DNA of 64,000 nucleotides, taken from NCBI GenBank assembly GCA_030691505.1, contig JAUYEG010000100.1:4538-68537 (forward strand). Reading direction: 5' to 3'. Of this stretch, positions 47,192 to 56,711 are shown piece after piece (position 1 is the first letter of the stretch; each line of letters begins with the position of its first letter). The notes beneath the pieces are model-generated. The model ran no database searches and was not told the origin of the DNA. It was given only the letters and a program-made list of their open reading frames with translations. The DNA is from Bacillota bacterium (GTDB lineage Bacteria; Bacillota; Sulfobacillia; JAUYEG01). The position numbers and the translations under genes are program-made.

Positions 47192-48219
47192 GCGCCAACA
47201 TCCCCCCTGCGGGAGCCGATCACTGGACCGAGTGCCTGTCAGGCGATGCGCGCAGGCTCGAGGCCGAGCTCGCCTCGCTGCGGGCCCAGATCGACCTTTG
47301 CTGCAACCTGGGCGGACTGCAGCTGGGCAGCCCCGTGCTTGTCGCCTCGGGCACGTACGGTTTCGGCCGCGAGTACGGGGCCCTGTACTCGCCGGCGTTG
47401 CTCGGCGCGGTGTGCACCAAGTGCGTTACGCTGGAGCCGAGGGCGGGTAATGTCCCCCCCCGGGTGACCGAGACGCCGGCGGGCATGCTCAATTCGATCG
47501 GCCTGGAGAACCCCGGCGTGGACGTGTTCCTGCGTGAGGAGTTGCCATGGCTCCGCGACCAGGGAGCCCGGGTGGTCGTCAATATCGCCGGGCACACGGT
47601 GGCCGAGTACGGGCGGCTGACCGCCCGCCTCGACGGGACGCCCGGGATCGCCGGGCTGGAGGTCAACGTTTCCTGCCCCAACGTCGACCGCGGCGGAATG
47701 GCCTTCGGGGTAAGCGCCAAGTCCACCGAAGCGGTGATGAGGGTGATCAGGAAAGAGACCTCGCTTCCGCTGATCTGCAAGCTCACCCCGAACGTGACCG
47801 ACGTGACCGAGATCGCCCGAGCCGCGGAGGAATCCGGCGCGGACGTCCTTTCACTCATCAACACGCTGCTCGGGATGGCGATTGACATCGAAACCCGCCG
47901 GCCGGTGATCGGCAACACGTTCGGCGGGCTGTCCGGGCCGGCCGTCAAACCTGTCGCACTGCGCATGGTCTGGCAGGTTCGCCAGGCGGTCAAGCTGCCG
48001 CTACTGGGCCTGGGCGGCATAGCCTGCGCCGAGGACGCTGTCGAGTTCATTCTGGCCGGGGCCTCGGCGGTTGCCGTGGGCAGCGGCACATTCAGCAACC
48101 CGCTGCTTCCGTTGGAAGTGACGGTGGGGCTGGGGGGCTACCTGAAGCGGACCGGGCTGCGCCTGGCCGATGCCGTCGGGCTGGCCCATCGACCGCAAGG
48201 CAAGGAGGCCACGACATGA
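47188..48219 (+). CDS. pyrD: Dihydroorotate dehydrogenase class 1B catalytic subunit
   Basis: ASGTYG, MLNSIGLENPG, EVNVSCPN, KLTPN, GGLSGPAVKP. Confidence 0.95.
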   Translation: MSANIPPAGADHWTECLSGDARRLEAELASLRAQIDLCCNLGGLQLGSPVLVASGTYGFGREYGALYSPALLGAVCTKCVTLEPRAGNVPPRVTETPAGMLNSIGLENPGVDVFLREELPWLRDQGARVVVNIAGHTVAEYGRLTARLDGTPGIAGLEVNVSCPNVDRGGMAFGVSAKSTEAVMRVIRKETSLPLICKLTPNVTDVTEIARAAEESGADVLSLINTLLGMAIDIETRRPVIGNTFGGLSGPAVKPVALRMVWQVRQAVKLPLLGLGGIACAEDAVEFILAGASAVAVGSGTFSNPLLPLEVTVGLGGYLKRTGLRLADAVGLAHRPQGKEATT

Positions 48220-48788
48220 ACGCAGGTGCGGTGATCGACCTCTTTCGCGAGACTGGGGTGCTGATCGAGGGGCACTTCAAGCTCACCTCGGGCCGTCACA
48301 GCCCGATGTTCCTGCAATGCTCCCAGGTCATGCAGCACCCCCGGCAGGCGGCGCGCCTGGCCGGCGCTCTGGCCGAAACACTGGCCCCGCTCGGCGCCGA
48401 TGCGGTTATCGGCCCCGCGATGGGTGGGATCATCCTGGCCTATGAGGTCGGCCGGGTCCTGGGAGTGCGCGCGATCTTCGCCGAACGTCAGGACGGGACC
48501 ATGACCCTGCGCCGTGGGTTTCGGATAGAGCCGGGTGAGCGGTTCGTGGTTGTCGAGGACGCCGTAAGCACAGGCGGGTCCGTTCGCGAGGTCATGAACG
48601 TCGTCACGGAGCGTGGCGGCGAGGTCGTCGGCGTCGGGATGCTGGTTGACCGCAGCGGCGGCAAGACCGATTTCGGGGTGCCGGCCCATTCCCTGCTGTC
48701 GCTGACTGTACCGTCCTACGCACCCCCAGAGTGTCCCCTCTGCCGGGAGGGAGTACCTCTGACGCTTCCAAAGAGCGGGAGCGGCTAG
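48216..48788 (+). CDS. pyrE: Orotate phosphoribosyltransferase
   Basis: GHFKLTSGRHS, GPAMGG, VVEDAVSTGGS. Confidence 0.95.
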   Translation: MNAGAVIDLFRETGVLIEGHFKLTSGRHSPMFLQCSQVMQHPRQAARLAGALAETLAPLGADAVIGPAMGGIILAYEVGRVLGVRAIFAERQDGTMTLRRGFRIEPGERFVVVEDAVSTGGSVREVMNVVTERGGEVVGVGMLVDRSGGKTDFGVPAHSLLSLTVPSYAPPECPLCREGVPLTLPKSGSG

Positions 48789-50665
48789 GACGGGAGCGAG
48801 CCCGGTCCGCCCCTGCGGAGCAGGTCGGAGAGCGGCGTGGGGCGGACGTGGACTGTTTGTTCGCCGATGTACGTGACGAAACCGGGACGGGCGCCCTTGG
48901 CCCGGCGGACGTTGCGCAGCTCGGTGTAGTCCACGGGCACCGAAGCCGACCGCGCGGCCTCGCTTTGCCCCGCGGCGATGGCAGCGGCGTAGCGCAGGTC
49001 GGGGGCCGGGACGTCGCCCTGCCTGCCGGCGCGACGCAGCAGGACATGAGCCCCGGGCGCGCCCCTGGCGTGCAGCCAGATGTCATCGTCGGCCCCCCGG
49101 CGCAGAAGAGCGTCGTTTTGCCGGTTGTTGCGTCCGACCAGAATCTCGAAGTCTCCCGGCGTGCGCACGCTGACCGGCTGGCTGGGGCCCGGATGGGCGG
49201 CAGTTCCGGCGCGCCCCGGCGCCGCAGAGGGCCCGGGATCACGTACACCTGCCGCCGCCGCCTCCGCGGCGACCTCGCCAAGCTCCTGCGGGGACAGGGG
49301 CTGCTCGAGCTGGAATTGCAGCTCAAGCAGGTGGTTGACACGGGCCGAGGACTCGGCCAGCAGCCGCCTGAGTTTTTCGCCCGACCGCCGCAGCTCCGCA
49401 TAACGCTCGAGATGGCGCTGAGCGGCCCGGCCGGGCTCCTCACCGGGCGCCAGCTCGACCCGGATCAGGCCTCCGCCTTCCCCCGATTCCACGCCCCGAG
49501 CGTCCTGATGGTCGGGAAGGTCGAGTACTAGGGCCCCCGGTGGCTGCTGCCCCATCGCCGCGAGCTGCTCGAGGCGCTCCCGCACCAGGCCGAGCGACGC
49601 CAGCAGGGCGTTGCCCATGCGCAGCCAGACGCCGGCGTCCCCGACCGCCGCGGCCTGAGCGGTGAGCGCCGACTCCCGCTCCCGTTCCGTCCGCACGGCG
49701 GCGCTGACGTGGGCTGAAAGCCGCTCCCGTTCCGGGTCGCGGCCGGCCGCGGATTCACTGTGCAGCCCCGCGGCGTCCGGCGGCCCGCCCCCAGCCGCCT
49801 CAATCGACCGCCGGAACTGCGCGGCCACGAAAGCGCACTGCTCCAGCCCGTCGCCGCCCCCCGCATCCGCCGTGCCCGCCGCAAGACCTGCACCAGCGGC
49901 ATGACTCGCATCCGCCGTATCCGCCGCCCGGCGGACCGCCCGCGCGAGCGCTTCCAAGCCAGGCGCGCCAGCAGTTTCCACGCCGCCGGCCGCCGCCTCG
50001 TGCCATATCGCCCTCGCCCGCTTGGGGCCGATGCCTGCGACAACACGCAGCAGCGCCGCCGGTCCGACTACGGCGCCGGTCGCGTCTCCGGGCTCAAGGC
50101 CGCTCAGCGCGGCAGCAAGGTCGTCGCCGCTGAGCGCGTCCGGGGCCAGCTTGTGCTGCGCGGGGGGCGGTTCGTAGCTCCTGCCCGGAAGCACCTGCCG
50201 GACACGGCTCCTCGTATAGCCGATACGCTTGATGCTGTCAACGATGCGTCCGTCGTCGCGCACACAGATGATGTTGGAATGCTTGCCCATCAGCTCGGCG
50301 ATGAGAGAATAGCCGGTCGGGCTCCCAAGCTCGTCCTGGCCAGCAAATCTCAGCCTCGCGATCCGGTCCCAGCCATCCTGGGTCACATCCGTGAGACGGA
50401 GGCCGCTCAGCTGGCGGCGCAGGATGGTGCAGAAGGTAGACGGCTGGACGGCGGCGCCCGGCGGTCCCGTTTGGGCAAAGACGCACGCGGCCGCCGGCTC
50501 GGCGGACAGGACCAGCCACAGCGGACTGCCCGACACGCGAAAGGCCAGGGAGACGCTGAGCTTGGAGGGCTGCAGGACATGCCTCAATCTGGCCCCCGCG
50601 GCGTGCCGCCGCAATAGGCCCAGGCAGGCTCGCAGGGAGAGACCGTCGAAATCCATCGCACCCAC
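48785..50665 (-). CDS. rqcH: Ribosome quality control NFACT protein RqcH/FbpA
   Basis: MDFDG, WDRI, ELMGKHSNII, GRNNRQND, WLHARGAPGAHV, VDYT..RNVRR.KGA.PG.V.Y. Confidence 0.92.
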   Translation of the reverse strand: MGAMDFDGLSLRACLGLLRRHAAGARLRHVLQPSKLSVSLAFRVSGSPLWLVLSAEPAAACVFAQTGPPGAAVQPSTFCTILRRQLSGLRLTDVTQDGWDRIARLRFAGQDELGSPTGYSLIAELMGKHSNIICVRDDGRIVDSIKRIGYTRSRVRQVLPGRSYEPPPAQHKLAPDALSGDDLAAALSGLEPGDATGAVVGPAALLRVVAGIGPKRARAIWHEAAAGGVETAGAPGLEALARAVRRAADTADASHAAGAGLAAGTADAGGGDGLEQCAFVAAQFRRSIEAAGGGPPDAAGLHSESAAGRDPERERLSAHVSAAVRTERERESALTAQAAAVGDAGVWLRMGNALLASLGLVRERLEQLAAMGQQPPGALVLDLPDHQDARGVESGEGGGLIRVELAPGEEPGRAAQRHLERYAELRRSGEKLRRLLAESSARVNHLLELQFQLEQPLSPQELGEVAAEAAAAGVRDPGPSAAPGRAGTAAHPGPSQPVSVRTPGDFEILVGRNNRQNDALLRRGADDDIWLHARGAPGAHVLLRRAGRQGDVPAPDLRYAAAIAAGQSEAARSASVPVDYTELRNVRRAKGARPGFVTYIGEQTVHVRPTPLSDLLRRGGPGSLPS

Positions 50666-50848
50666 CTTCGGTAGTTGTGCGGCCTAAAACTACCACCGGG
50701 CGAACCGGGGGTCAAGTTGGACGCCGGCCAGCGCGCCGCGGCGGCGTACACCATAGTCTGATGACAACGGCTCCGTGCCCCCGCGGCGGGCCGGTCCGGC
50801 GGGGAATAATGCCAGCCTGGCAAGACTAGGTGCGTGGAGGTTAGACGA

Positions 50849-51721
50849 TTGCGGATTGGCTTTACCAAGATGCACGGCGCATCCAACGACTACATCTACA
50901 TGGACTGCCTCGCGGGCTTGCCGGTGCCGGCCGGCGAACTGCCCGAGCTCGCCCGCCGCGTTTCCGACCGGCACGCCGGTGTGGGCAGCGACGGTTTGAT
51001 CCTGATCCTGCCCGCTCCTGACGATTCGGTCTCGTTCGGGTTCCGCATGTTCAACAGCGACGGCTCCGAGGGTGAGATGTGCGGCAACGGAATGCGCTGC
51101 TTTGCCAGATATGTGGTGGAGCGCGGCCTCATCGGGCGTACCCGGTTCGAGGTCGGCACGGCCGCGGGGCCGATAGCCTGCGCGGTCCAGCCAGCCGCGC
51201 CCGAAGCGGCCTGGACCGTGACATGCGACCTCGGGGTGCCCAGGCTGCGGGCGAGCGAGGTACCGGCAAGGCTTGACGCCGGCCCTGACGGTGTCGCCCG
51301 CGAGGCCGCCCTCGACGTGCTTGGGCGGACGCTGCGCGTTACGCCCGTATCCACAGGCGTGCCCCACGCCATCGTCTTCGTCGAGGACCTGGCCGGCTAT
51401 CCCTGGTCCGAGCTTGGCCGGGCGATGGAAACGCACCACGTCTTCCCACGGCGAACCAACACCGAGTTCGTCCAGGTCCTCGACCGCGGCCATGCACTCG
51501 TCAAGGTCTGGGAACGCGGTTCCGGCCCGACCCAGGCATGCGGCACCGGCGCATGCGCTGTGGTCGTGGCGGGTGTACTGACCGGCAGACTTGATCGGAC
51601 GGCGCGCCTGTCATTGCCCGGCGGAGACCTCATCGTCCGGTGGCGCGAGGATAACGGTCGCCTTGAGTTGACCGGCCCCGCGGCGGTGGTCTGCACGGGC
51701 GAGTTCATGTATGCTGGGTGA
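50849..51721 (+). CDS. dapF: Diaminopimelate epimerase
   Basis: FTKMHG..NDY, EMCGNG.RC, TNTEF, ERGSG.TQACGTG. Confidence 0.96.
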   Translation: MRIGFTKMHGASNDYIYMDCLAGLPVPAGELPELARRVSDRHAGVGSDGLILILPAPDDSVSFGFRMFNSDGSEGEMCGNGMRCFARYVVERGLIGRTRFEVGTAAGPIACAVQPAAPEAAWTVTCDLGVPRLRASEVPARLDAGPDGVAREAALDVLGRTLRVTPVSTGVPHAIVFVEDLAGYPWSELGRAMETHHVFPRRTNTEFVQVLDRGHALVKVWERGSGPTQACGTGACAVVVAGVLTGRLDRTARLSLPGGDLIVRWREDNGRLELTGPAAVVCTGEFMYAG

Positions 51722-51781
51722 CAATGTGACGAGGCCCTTAGCCAGCCGGGCGAGGGTATTTTCGGCTGAAAGGTGAGGAAG

Positions 51782-52945
51782 ATGATCAGACCGGCAGAAC
51801 GGCTCCAGCGGGTTCCGCCGTACCCGTTCGCGGAATTGGAGCGCAAGGTCGCCGCGGCGCGTGCGCGGGGGGTGGATCTCATCGACCTCGGCATCGGGGA
51901 TCCCGACCTGCCGACACCATCCCACGTCGTCGAGGCGGCGCGGTCGGCGGTGGGCAACAGCGCCTACCACCGCTATCCGCCCAACTGGGGGCTGGAAGTT
52001 TTTCGCCGCGAGGCTGCCGCCTACTATCAACGGCGCTTCGGTGTCGAGCTCGATTGGCGCTCGGAGCTGCTCGCCCTGATAGGATCCAAGGAAGGTCTGG
52101 CCCATGTGGTTTGGGCGTTTGTCGATCCCGGCGATGTGGCCCTTGTTCCCGATCCTGCTTACCCGGTGTACCGCTCACAGGTCCTGCTGGCCGGAGGCGA
52201 ACCCTTCGCGCTCCCGTTGATCGAGCAACGGGATTTCCTGCCGGACCTCCAGGCCGTGCCGCCCGATGTCGCGCGCCGGGCCAAACTGCTGTTCTTGAAC
52301 TATCCTAACAACCCGACCGCGGGGGTGACATCGCTCGATTTTCTTGCGCAAGCGGTGGCATTTTGCCGGGAATACAATATCCTGCTGGTCCACGATCTGG
52401 CCTACGCCGAGATGACCTACGACGGATACGTGGCGCCAAGCGCCCTGCAGATCCAGGGCGCGCGGAAGTGCTGTCTTGAGTTCTATTCCCTGTCCAAACC
52501 GTTCAACATGACGGGCTGGCGTCTGGCGTTCTGCGCCGGCGCCGAGAAGGCGGTCGCCGCGCTGGCCAAGGTCAAGAGCGGCCTTGATTCCAGCCAGTTC
52601 AGCGCGCTTCAGGAGGCGGGGGCAAAGGCCCTGAGCGACACCCCGCCGGAGTTCCTGTCCGGCATGAACCGGATGTACACCCGCCGCCGCGACCTGCTGT
52701 GCGACGGGCTCAACCGGATCGGGCTGGACTGCCGCCGGCCCAAGGGGACGTTCTACCTGTGGCCGAGAATACCCGCCGGTTGGGACTCGTCCCGGTTCAC
52801 CGAGCACTTGCTGTCCAAGGCGGGAGTCGTGGTCACCCCAGGCTCCGCTTTCGGCGCCTGCGGCGAGGGCTTTGTCCGCATGGCCCTCACCGTGCCGGAG
52901 GAGCGTATTGTCGTCGCTCTGGAACGGATTTCATCAATAACGTAG
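51782..52945 (+). CDS. dapL: LL-diaminopimelate aminotransferase (class I/II)
   Basis: GIGDPD, GSKEG, NYPNNPT, DLAY.E, SLSKPFNMTGWR; adjacent to dapF. Confidence 0.82.
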   Translation: MIRPAERLQRVPPYPFAELERKVAAARARGVDLIDLGIGDPDLPTPSHVVEAARSAVGNSAYHRYPPNWGLEVFRREAAAYYQRRFGVELDWRSELLALIGSKEGLAHVVWAFVDPGDVALVPDPAYPVYRSQVLLAGGEPFALPLIEQRDFLPDLQAVPPDVARRAKLLFLNYPNNPTAGVTSLDFLAQAVAFCREYNILLVHDLAYAEMTYDGYVAPSALQIQGARKCCLEFYSLSKPFNMTGWRLAFCAGAEKAVAALAKVKSGLDSSQFSALQEAGAKALSDTPPEFLSGMNRMYTRRRDLLCDGLNRIGLDCRRPKGTFYLWPRIPAGWDSSRFTEHLLSKAGVVVTPGSAFGACGEGFVRMALTVPEERIVVALERISSIT

Positions 52946-53151
52946 GTGTAGCTGCAACTTTTCGGGAAATCCGGTATGCCCTTCGCGGGCCGGGGCGGAC
53001 CAGCCGCTCCGGCCCGCAGCCCCCTCCGCCACTCAAAAGCCCTGCTTAAGCATAGTATGTGAGCCTCTTGGGAGAATAACCCACTGAAGGTCACGATTAA
53101 GCCTGCTGGTAATAGAAAGGAATCCAGGCTAGCAGGTAGAAGAGAGTCGCC

Positions 53152-54084
53152 ATGAAGACTGCCGGCACGGTTCAGGAGAGCCCCTCCGGGGGCAGAGCTG
53201 CGGTCCGCAGCATGACCGGTTTTGGTCGGGCCGACGCCTCGGACGGGCGCCGGAGGGTAACGGTGGAGATCAGGTGTGTAAACCACCGGTACTCGGACAT
53301 CAACGTACGCTTGCCCCGCAATCTTTTCCAGTTCGAGGAGCTCCTGCGCCGGCTGGTCCATGCCGAGGTCCGCAGGGGCCGTGTTGACGTATACGTCACG
53401 GTTCAGGACGCCCCAGAGGCGGCGCGGGCGGTGACGGTCAATCTGGCGCTAGCCCGTGGATACTACCAGGCCTTAGGTGAGCTGTGTAGGGCTCTGGACA
53501 TCGAGGAGCCGGTCCGTCTGGACCACCTGCTGCGGGCGCCTGACGTGCTCGCCGTGGCCGAGGACGGGACAGAGCCGCAGGAGCTTGAGGCGCTGGTGCA
53601 AGGCGCGTGCCGCGACGCTCTGGTCATGGTCGCCGGGATGCGCGCGGGGGAAGGTCAGGCGCTGCGCTGGGACCTGCTTGACCGGCTGGAACGCCTGTCC
53701 GGGATACGGTCGAGGATAGCCGGCCTGGCCGAGGGCCTCGTGCCCGCCTGGCGCGACCGCCTGCTGGCCAGGCTGACGGAGATTGTGCCGGCCAATGGGC
53801 TTGACCCCCAGCGGGTTGCGCAGGAAGTGGCCATCTATGCCGACCGGGCCGATATCAGCGAGGAATTGGTCCGTCTCGACAGCCACGTGGCTCGTATGCG
53901 TGAGACGCTCGAGATCCCTTCAGCGGAGCCGATTGGTAGGCGCCTGGACTTCATCTGTCAGGAGATGCTGCGCGAGGTCAACACCATTGGATCCAAGGCC
54001 TCCGACAACGAGATCGGCGGCCTTGTCATCGGTGCCAAAGAAGAGCTGGAGCGAATCAGAGAGCAGGTTCAAAACGTCGAGTAG
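53152..54084 (+). CDS. yicC: YicC/YloC family endoribonuclease
   Basis: SMTGFG, VNHRY, RRGRVD, DISEELVRL.SH, GRRLDF..QEM.REVNTIGSK, REQVQNVE. Confidence 0.95.
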   Translation: MKTAGTVQESPSGGRAAVRSMTGFGRADASDGRRRVTVEIRCVNHRYSDINVRLPRNLFQFEELLRRLVHAEVRRGRVDVYVTVQDAPEAARAVTVNLALARGYYQALGELCRALDIEEPVRLDHLLRAPDVLAVAEDGTEPQELEALVQGACRDALVMVAGMRAGEGQALRWDLLDRLERLSGIRSRIAGLAEGLVPAWRDRLLARLTEIVPANGLDPQRVAQEVAIYADRADISEELVRLDSHVARMRETLEIPSAEPIGRRLDFICQEMLREVNTIGSKASDNEIGGLVIGAKEELERIREQVQNVE

Positions 54085-54093
54085 GGGGTGCCC

Positions 54094-54411
54094 GTGTTGA
54101 AGCTACCGGTACTCACGCTGAGCGAGAAGAAAGAGGCTTTGGAGAAAGCGCAGAAGATGCGCAGTGAGCGCAAGGAGATCCGGGAACAGCTTAAAACCGG
54201 CCGTATGGTGCTCAGCGAAGTGCTGAGCCGGGACAACGATGAGGTCATGGGCAAGATGCGGGTTGCCTATCTTCTGGCCTCTCTGCCGCGTGTGGGCAAG
54301 ACGACCGCGAAGAAAGTCATGGACGAAATCGGCATCGACGAGTCCCGGCGCGTACAGGGCCTTGGCAAGCGCCAGAAAGAGGCCTTGCTGGCCCGGTTCT
54401 CGCGCAAGTAG
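54094..54411 (+). CDS. mihF: Integration host factor, actinobacterial type (mIHF/sIHF)
   Basis: LP.LT..EKKEALEKAQKMR..R, GKMRV..LL.SLP.VGK..A.KVM.EIGI.ESRRVQGLG.RQ. Confidence 0.88.
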   Translation: MLKLPVLTLSEKKEALEKAQKMRSERKEIREQLKTGRMVLSEVLSRDNDEVMGKMRVAYLLASLPRVGKTTAKKVMDEIGIDESRRVQGLGKRQKEALLARFSRK

Positions 54412-54548
54412 CGGGCTGGGCCTCACGGGTTTCCTAATTAAATCTTCCACAAGGCGCCGGCACGGCCTCGCCCGGCGGCGAACAGTGCCGGTTTGTCCTT
54501 GATTGTTTGGCCCGGCCTGTGTGTGGCATGTCGTGGGAGGCACAGCTG

Positions 54549-55181
54549 TTGACAAAAAGAGAGGGCTTCGTGGTTGTCCTGTCCGGTCCGTCCGGGGCGG
54601 GCAAGTCAACCATCGCCCAGGCGGTGGTGTCGCGGGTGCCGGGGCTCGTCTTTTCCGTGTCGGCCACCACCAGGCCCCCCCGCCCCGGAGAGGTTCATGG
54701 CAGGGACTACCTCTTCTGCACGCCGGAGGCCTTCGCGCGTATGGTGGACGCGGGCGAGCTTACTGAGTGGACATCGTACTGCGGCCACAGCTATGGTACT
54801 CCTGGCGACGAGCTTGCGCGGCTTCTGGCTCAGGGCAACGACGTGGTGCTCGACATCGATACCAACGGGGCAGGACAGGTCAGGCGCAAGGTGACCGGTG
54901 CGGTGCTTGTTTTTGTTGTCCCGCCGAGCCTTCTTGATCTCGAGCGGCGGATACGGGCCCGCGGCTGCGCATCCGACGATGAATTGACGACCAGGCTAAC
55001 CCAGGCGCGCATAGAGTTGGCAGCGGCGCGCAACTATGACTATGCCGTTGTGAACGACGATGTCGCCCAGGCTATAGAAGCCGTTGCGTCGATCATAAGG
55101 GCTGAGCGGTGCCGGACGGCCAGATTGGCCGGCGATCTTGTACCGGCGGCGGAGGGGACGGAGACAGTTGGGCATTCTTGA
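54549..55181 (+). CDS. gmk: Guanylate kinase
   Basis: SGPSGAGKST, SVSATTRPPRPGE.HG.DY, YGT. Confidence 0.96.
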   Translation: MTKREGFVVVLSGPSGAGKSTIAQAVVSRVPGLVFSVSATTRPPRPGEVHGRDYLFCTPEAFARMVDAGELTEWTSYCGHSYGTPGDELARLLAQGNDVVLDIDTNGAGQVRRKVTGAVLVFVVPPSLLDLERRIRARGCASDDELTTRLTQARIELAAARNYDYAVVNDDVAQAIEAVASIIRAERCRTARLAGDLVPAAEGTETVGHS

Positions 55182-55425
55182 GCCACCACTTGACAAGTTG
55201 ATGAGGCGGGTCAACAACAAGTACGCCCTCGTGGTTGCAGCCGCCAAGCGCGGCCGACAGATAACCGAGTCCCGGGACCGTGTTGTGGACTCGGCGATTC
55301 CCAAGCCCGTAACGGTCGCCCTTCAGGAGATCGCGGACGGCTTGGTCGGTGTCACCGAGGGCGAGCCGTCGCGCGAGGACAAGCCGCAGTCGGAGGGGGG
55401 CCTTACGGCGGAGGCTCAGGGATGA
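55168..55425 (+). CDS. rpoZ: RNA polymerase omega subunit
   Basis: NKYALVVAAAKRGRQI, KPVTVALQEI. Confidence 0.95.
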   Translation: MGILEPPLDKLMRRVNNKYALVVAAAKRGRQITESRDRVVDSAIPKPVTVALQEIADGLVGVTEGEPSREDKPQSEGGLTAEAQG

Positions 55426-56711
55426 GCGCCGCGGGGGACTTGTTCCCCGGGCCCCGGGGTCCGGCGGGCCCCGCCGGGCGCACCGTCATCGTTGGTGTTA
55501 CCGGCGGGATAGCTGCGTATAAGGTCTGCGAGGTCGTCAGCCGGCTGGTCAAACTCGGCGCCAGGGTCTACGTTGTCATGACCCGCGCCGCGACCAAGTT
55601 CGTAGCTCCGCTGACCTTCCAAACCCTGTCGGGCAACCCCGTTTTCATTGAAATGCTGGAGCCTCCCCAGCTGTTCAACGTCGAGCACGTCGCGCTTGCC
55701 GAAAAGGCTGACCTGTGCGTCATCGCCCCGGCCACGGCCAACATCGTGGCCAAAATCGCCAACGGTATCTGCGATGACCTGCTTACCACGGTGATTTGTG
55801 CGACCCGGGCGCCCGTGCTGATCTGCCCGGCGATGAACCACAACATGTACACCAATCCAATCTACCAGGCCAACGAGAAACGCCTGAGGCAACTCGGGTA
55901 TCGTTTCCTGGAACCCGGCTACGGCCGCCTGGCGTCGGGCGTGGTGGGCCGTGGGCGCCTTCCGGAGCCGCCCGAGATAGTGTCGGCCATCGCGTCGGTG
56001 TTCGCCGGCCAGGGGGACTACGCCGGCATCGAGGTGCTGGTTACGGCCGGGCCGACGCGGGAGTTCATAGATCCGGTGCGCTGCCTGAGCAACCCGTCAA
56101 GCGGTAAAATGGGCTTTGCCGTGGCCGAGGCCGCCGCCGCCCGCGGGGCCACGGTGCACCTTATAACCGGGCCATCCCATCTCCCCGACCAGGCTGGGGT
56201 AGCGGTGACCCGGGTCGTCACCGCCGCTGAAATGCATGATGCCGCGATCGCGGCTTTCTCCGGCGACGGCGTCGTCATCGCCACCGCCGCGGTGAGCGAT
56301 TACCGCCCCCCGGTTGCATTGCAGCACAAGATAAAGAAAGGAGCCGCGCACCTTACTCTGGAGCTCGAACTCACGCCGGACGTGTTGGGTTCCCTGGGCG
56401 CGCGGAAAGAACGCGCCGTCCTGGTCGGCTTCGCCGCCGAGACCGAGGACCTCATCGCCAACGCTCGGCACAAGCTGGTGCGCAAGAACCTCGACCTTAT
56501 CGTCGCCAACGACATCACCGAGCCGGGTGCCGGCTTCGAGACGGACACAAACATCGCCCACCTGGTCTGGCCCGACGGCCGGATCGAGCAGCGCCCGTTG
56601 GAGACCAAGCGCGAGCTGGCGGAACACATCCTGACCGCCGTCCTCCCCCTCGTCCAGCGTGGCGCAGAAGGGCGGGATGAGTCCCCTGTCACCCGAGGGG
56701 ATCCGGACTGA
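55422..56711 (+). CDS. coaBC: Bifunctional PPC decarboxylase/PPC synthetase
   Basis: [40 protein letters not shown]. Confidence 0.96.
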   Translation: MSAAGDLFPGPRGPAGPAGRTVIVGVTGGIAAYKVCEVVSRLVKLGARVYVVMTRAATKFVAPLTFQTLSGNPVFIEMLEPPQLFNVEHVALAEKADLCVIAPATANIVAKIANGICDDLLTTVICATRAPVLICPAMNHNMYTNPIYQANEKRLRQLGYRFLEPGYGRLASGVVGRGRLPEPPEIVSAIASVFAGQGDYAGIEVLVTAGPTREFIDPVRCLSNPSSGKMGFAVAEAAAARGATVHLITGPSHLPDQAGVAVTRVVTAAEMHDAAIAAFSGDGVVIATAAVSDYRPPVALQHKIKKGAAHLTLELELTPDVLGSLGARKERAVLVGFAAETEDLIANARHKLVRKNLDLIVANDITEPGAGFETDTNIAHLVWPDGRIEQRPLETKRELAEHILTAVLPLVQRGAEGRDESPVTRGDPD

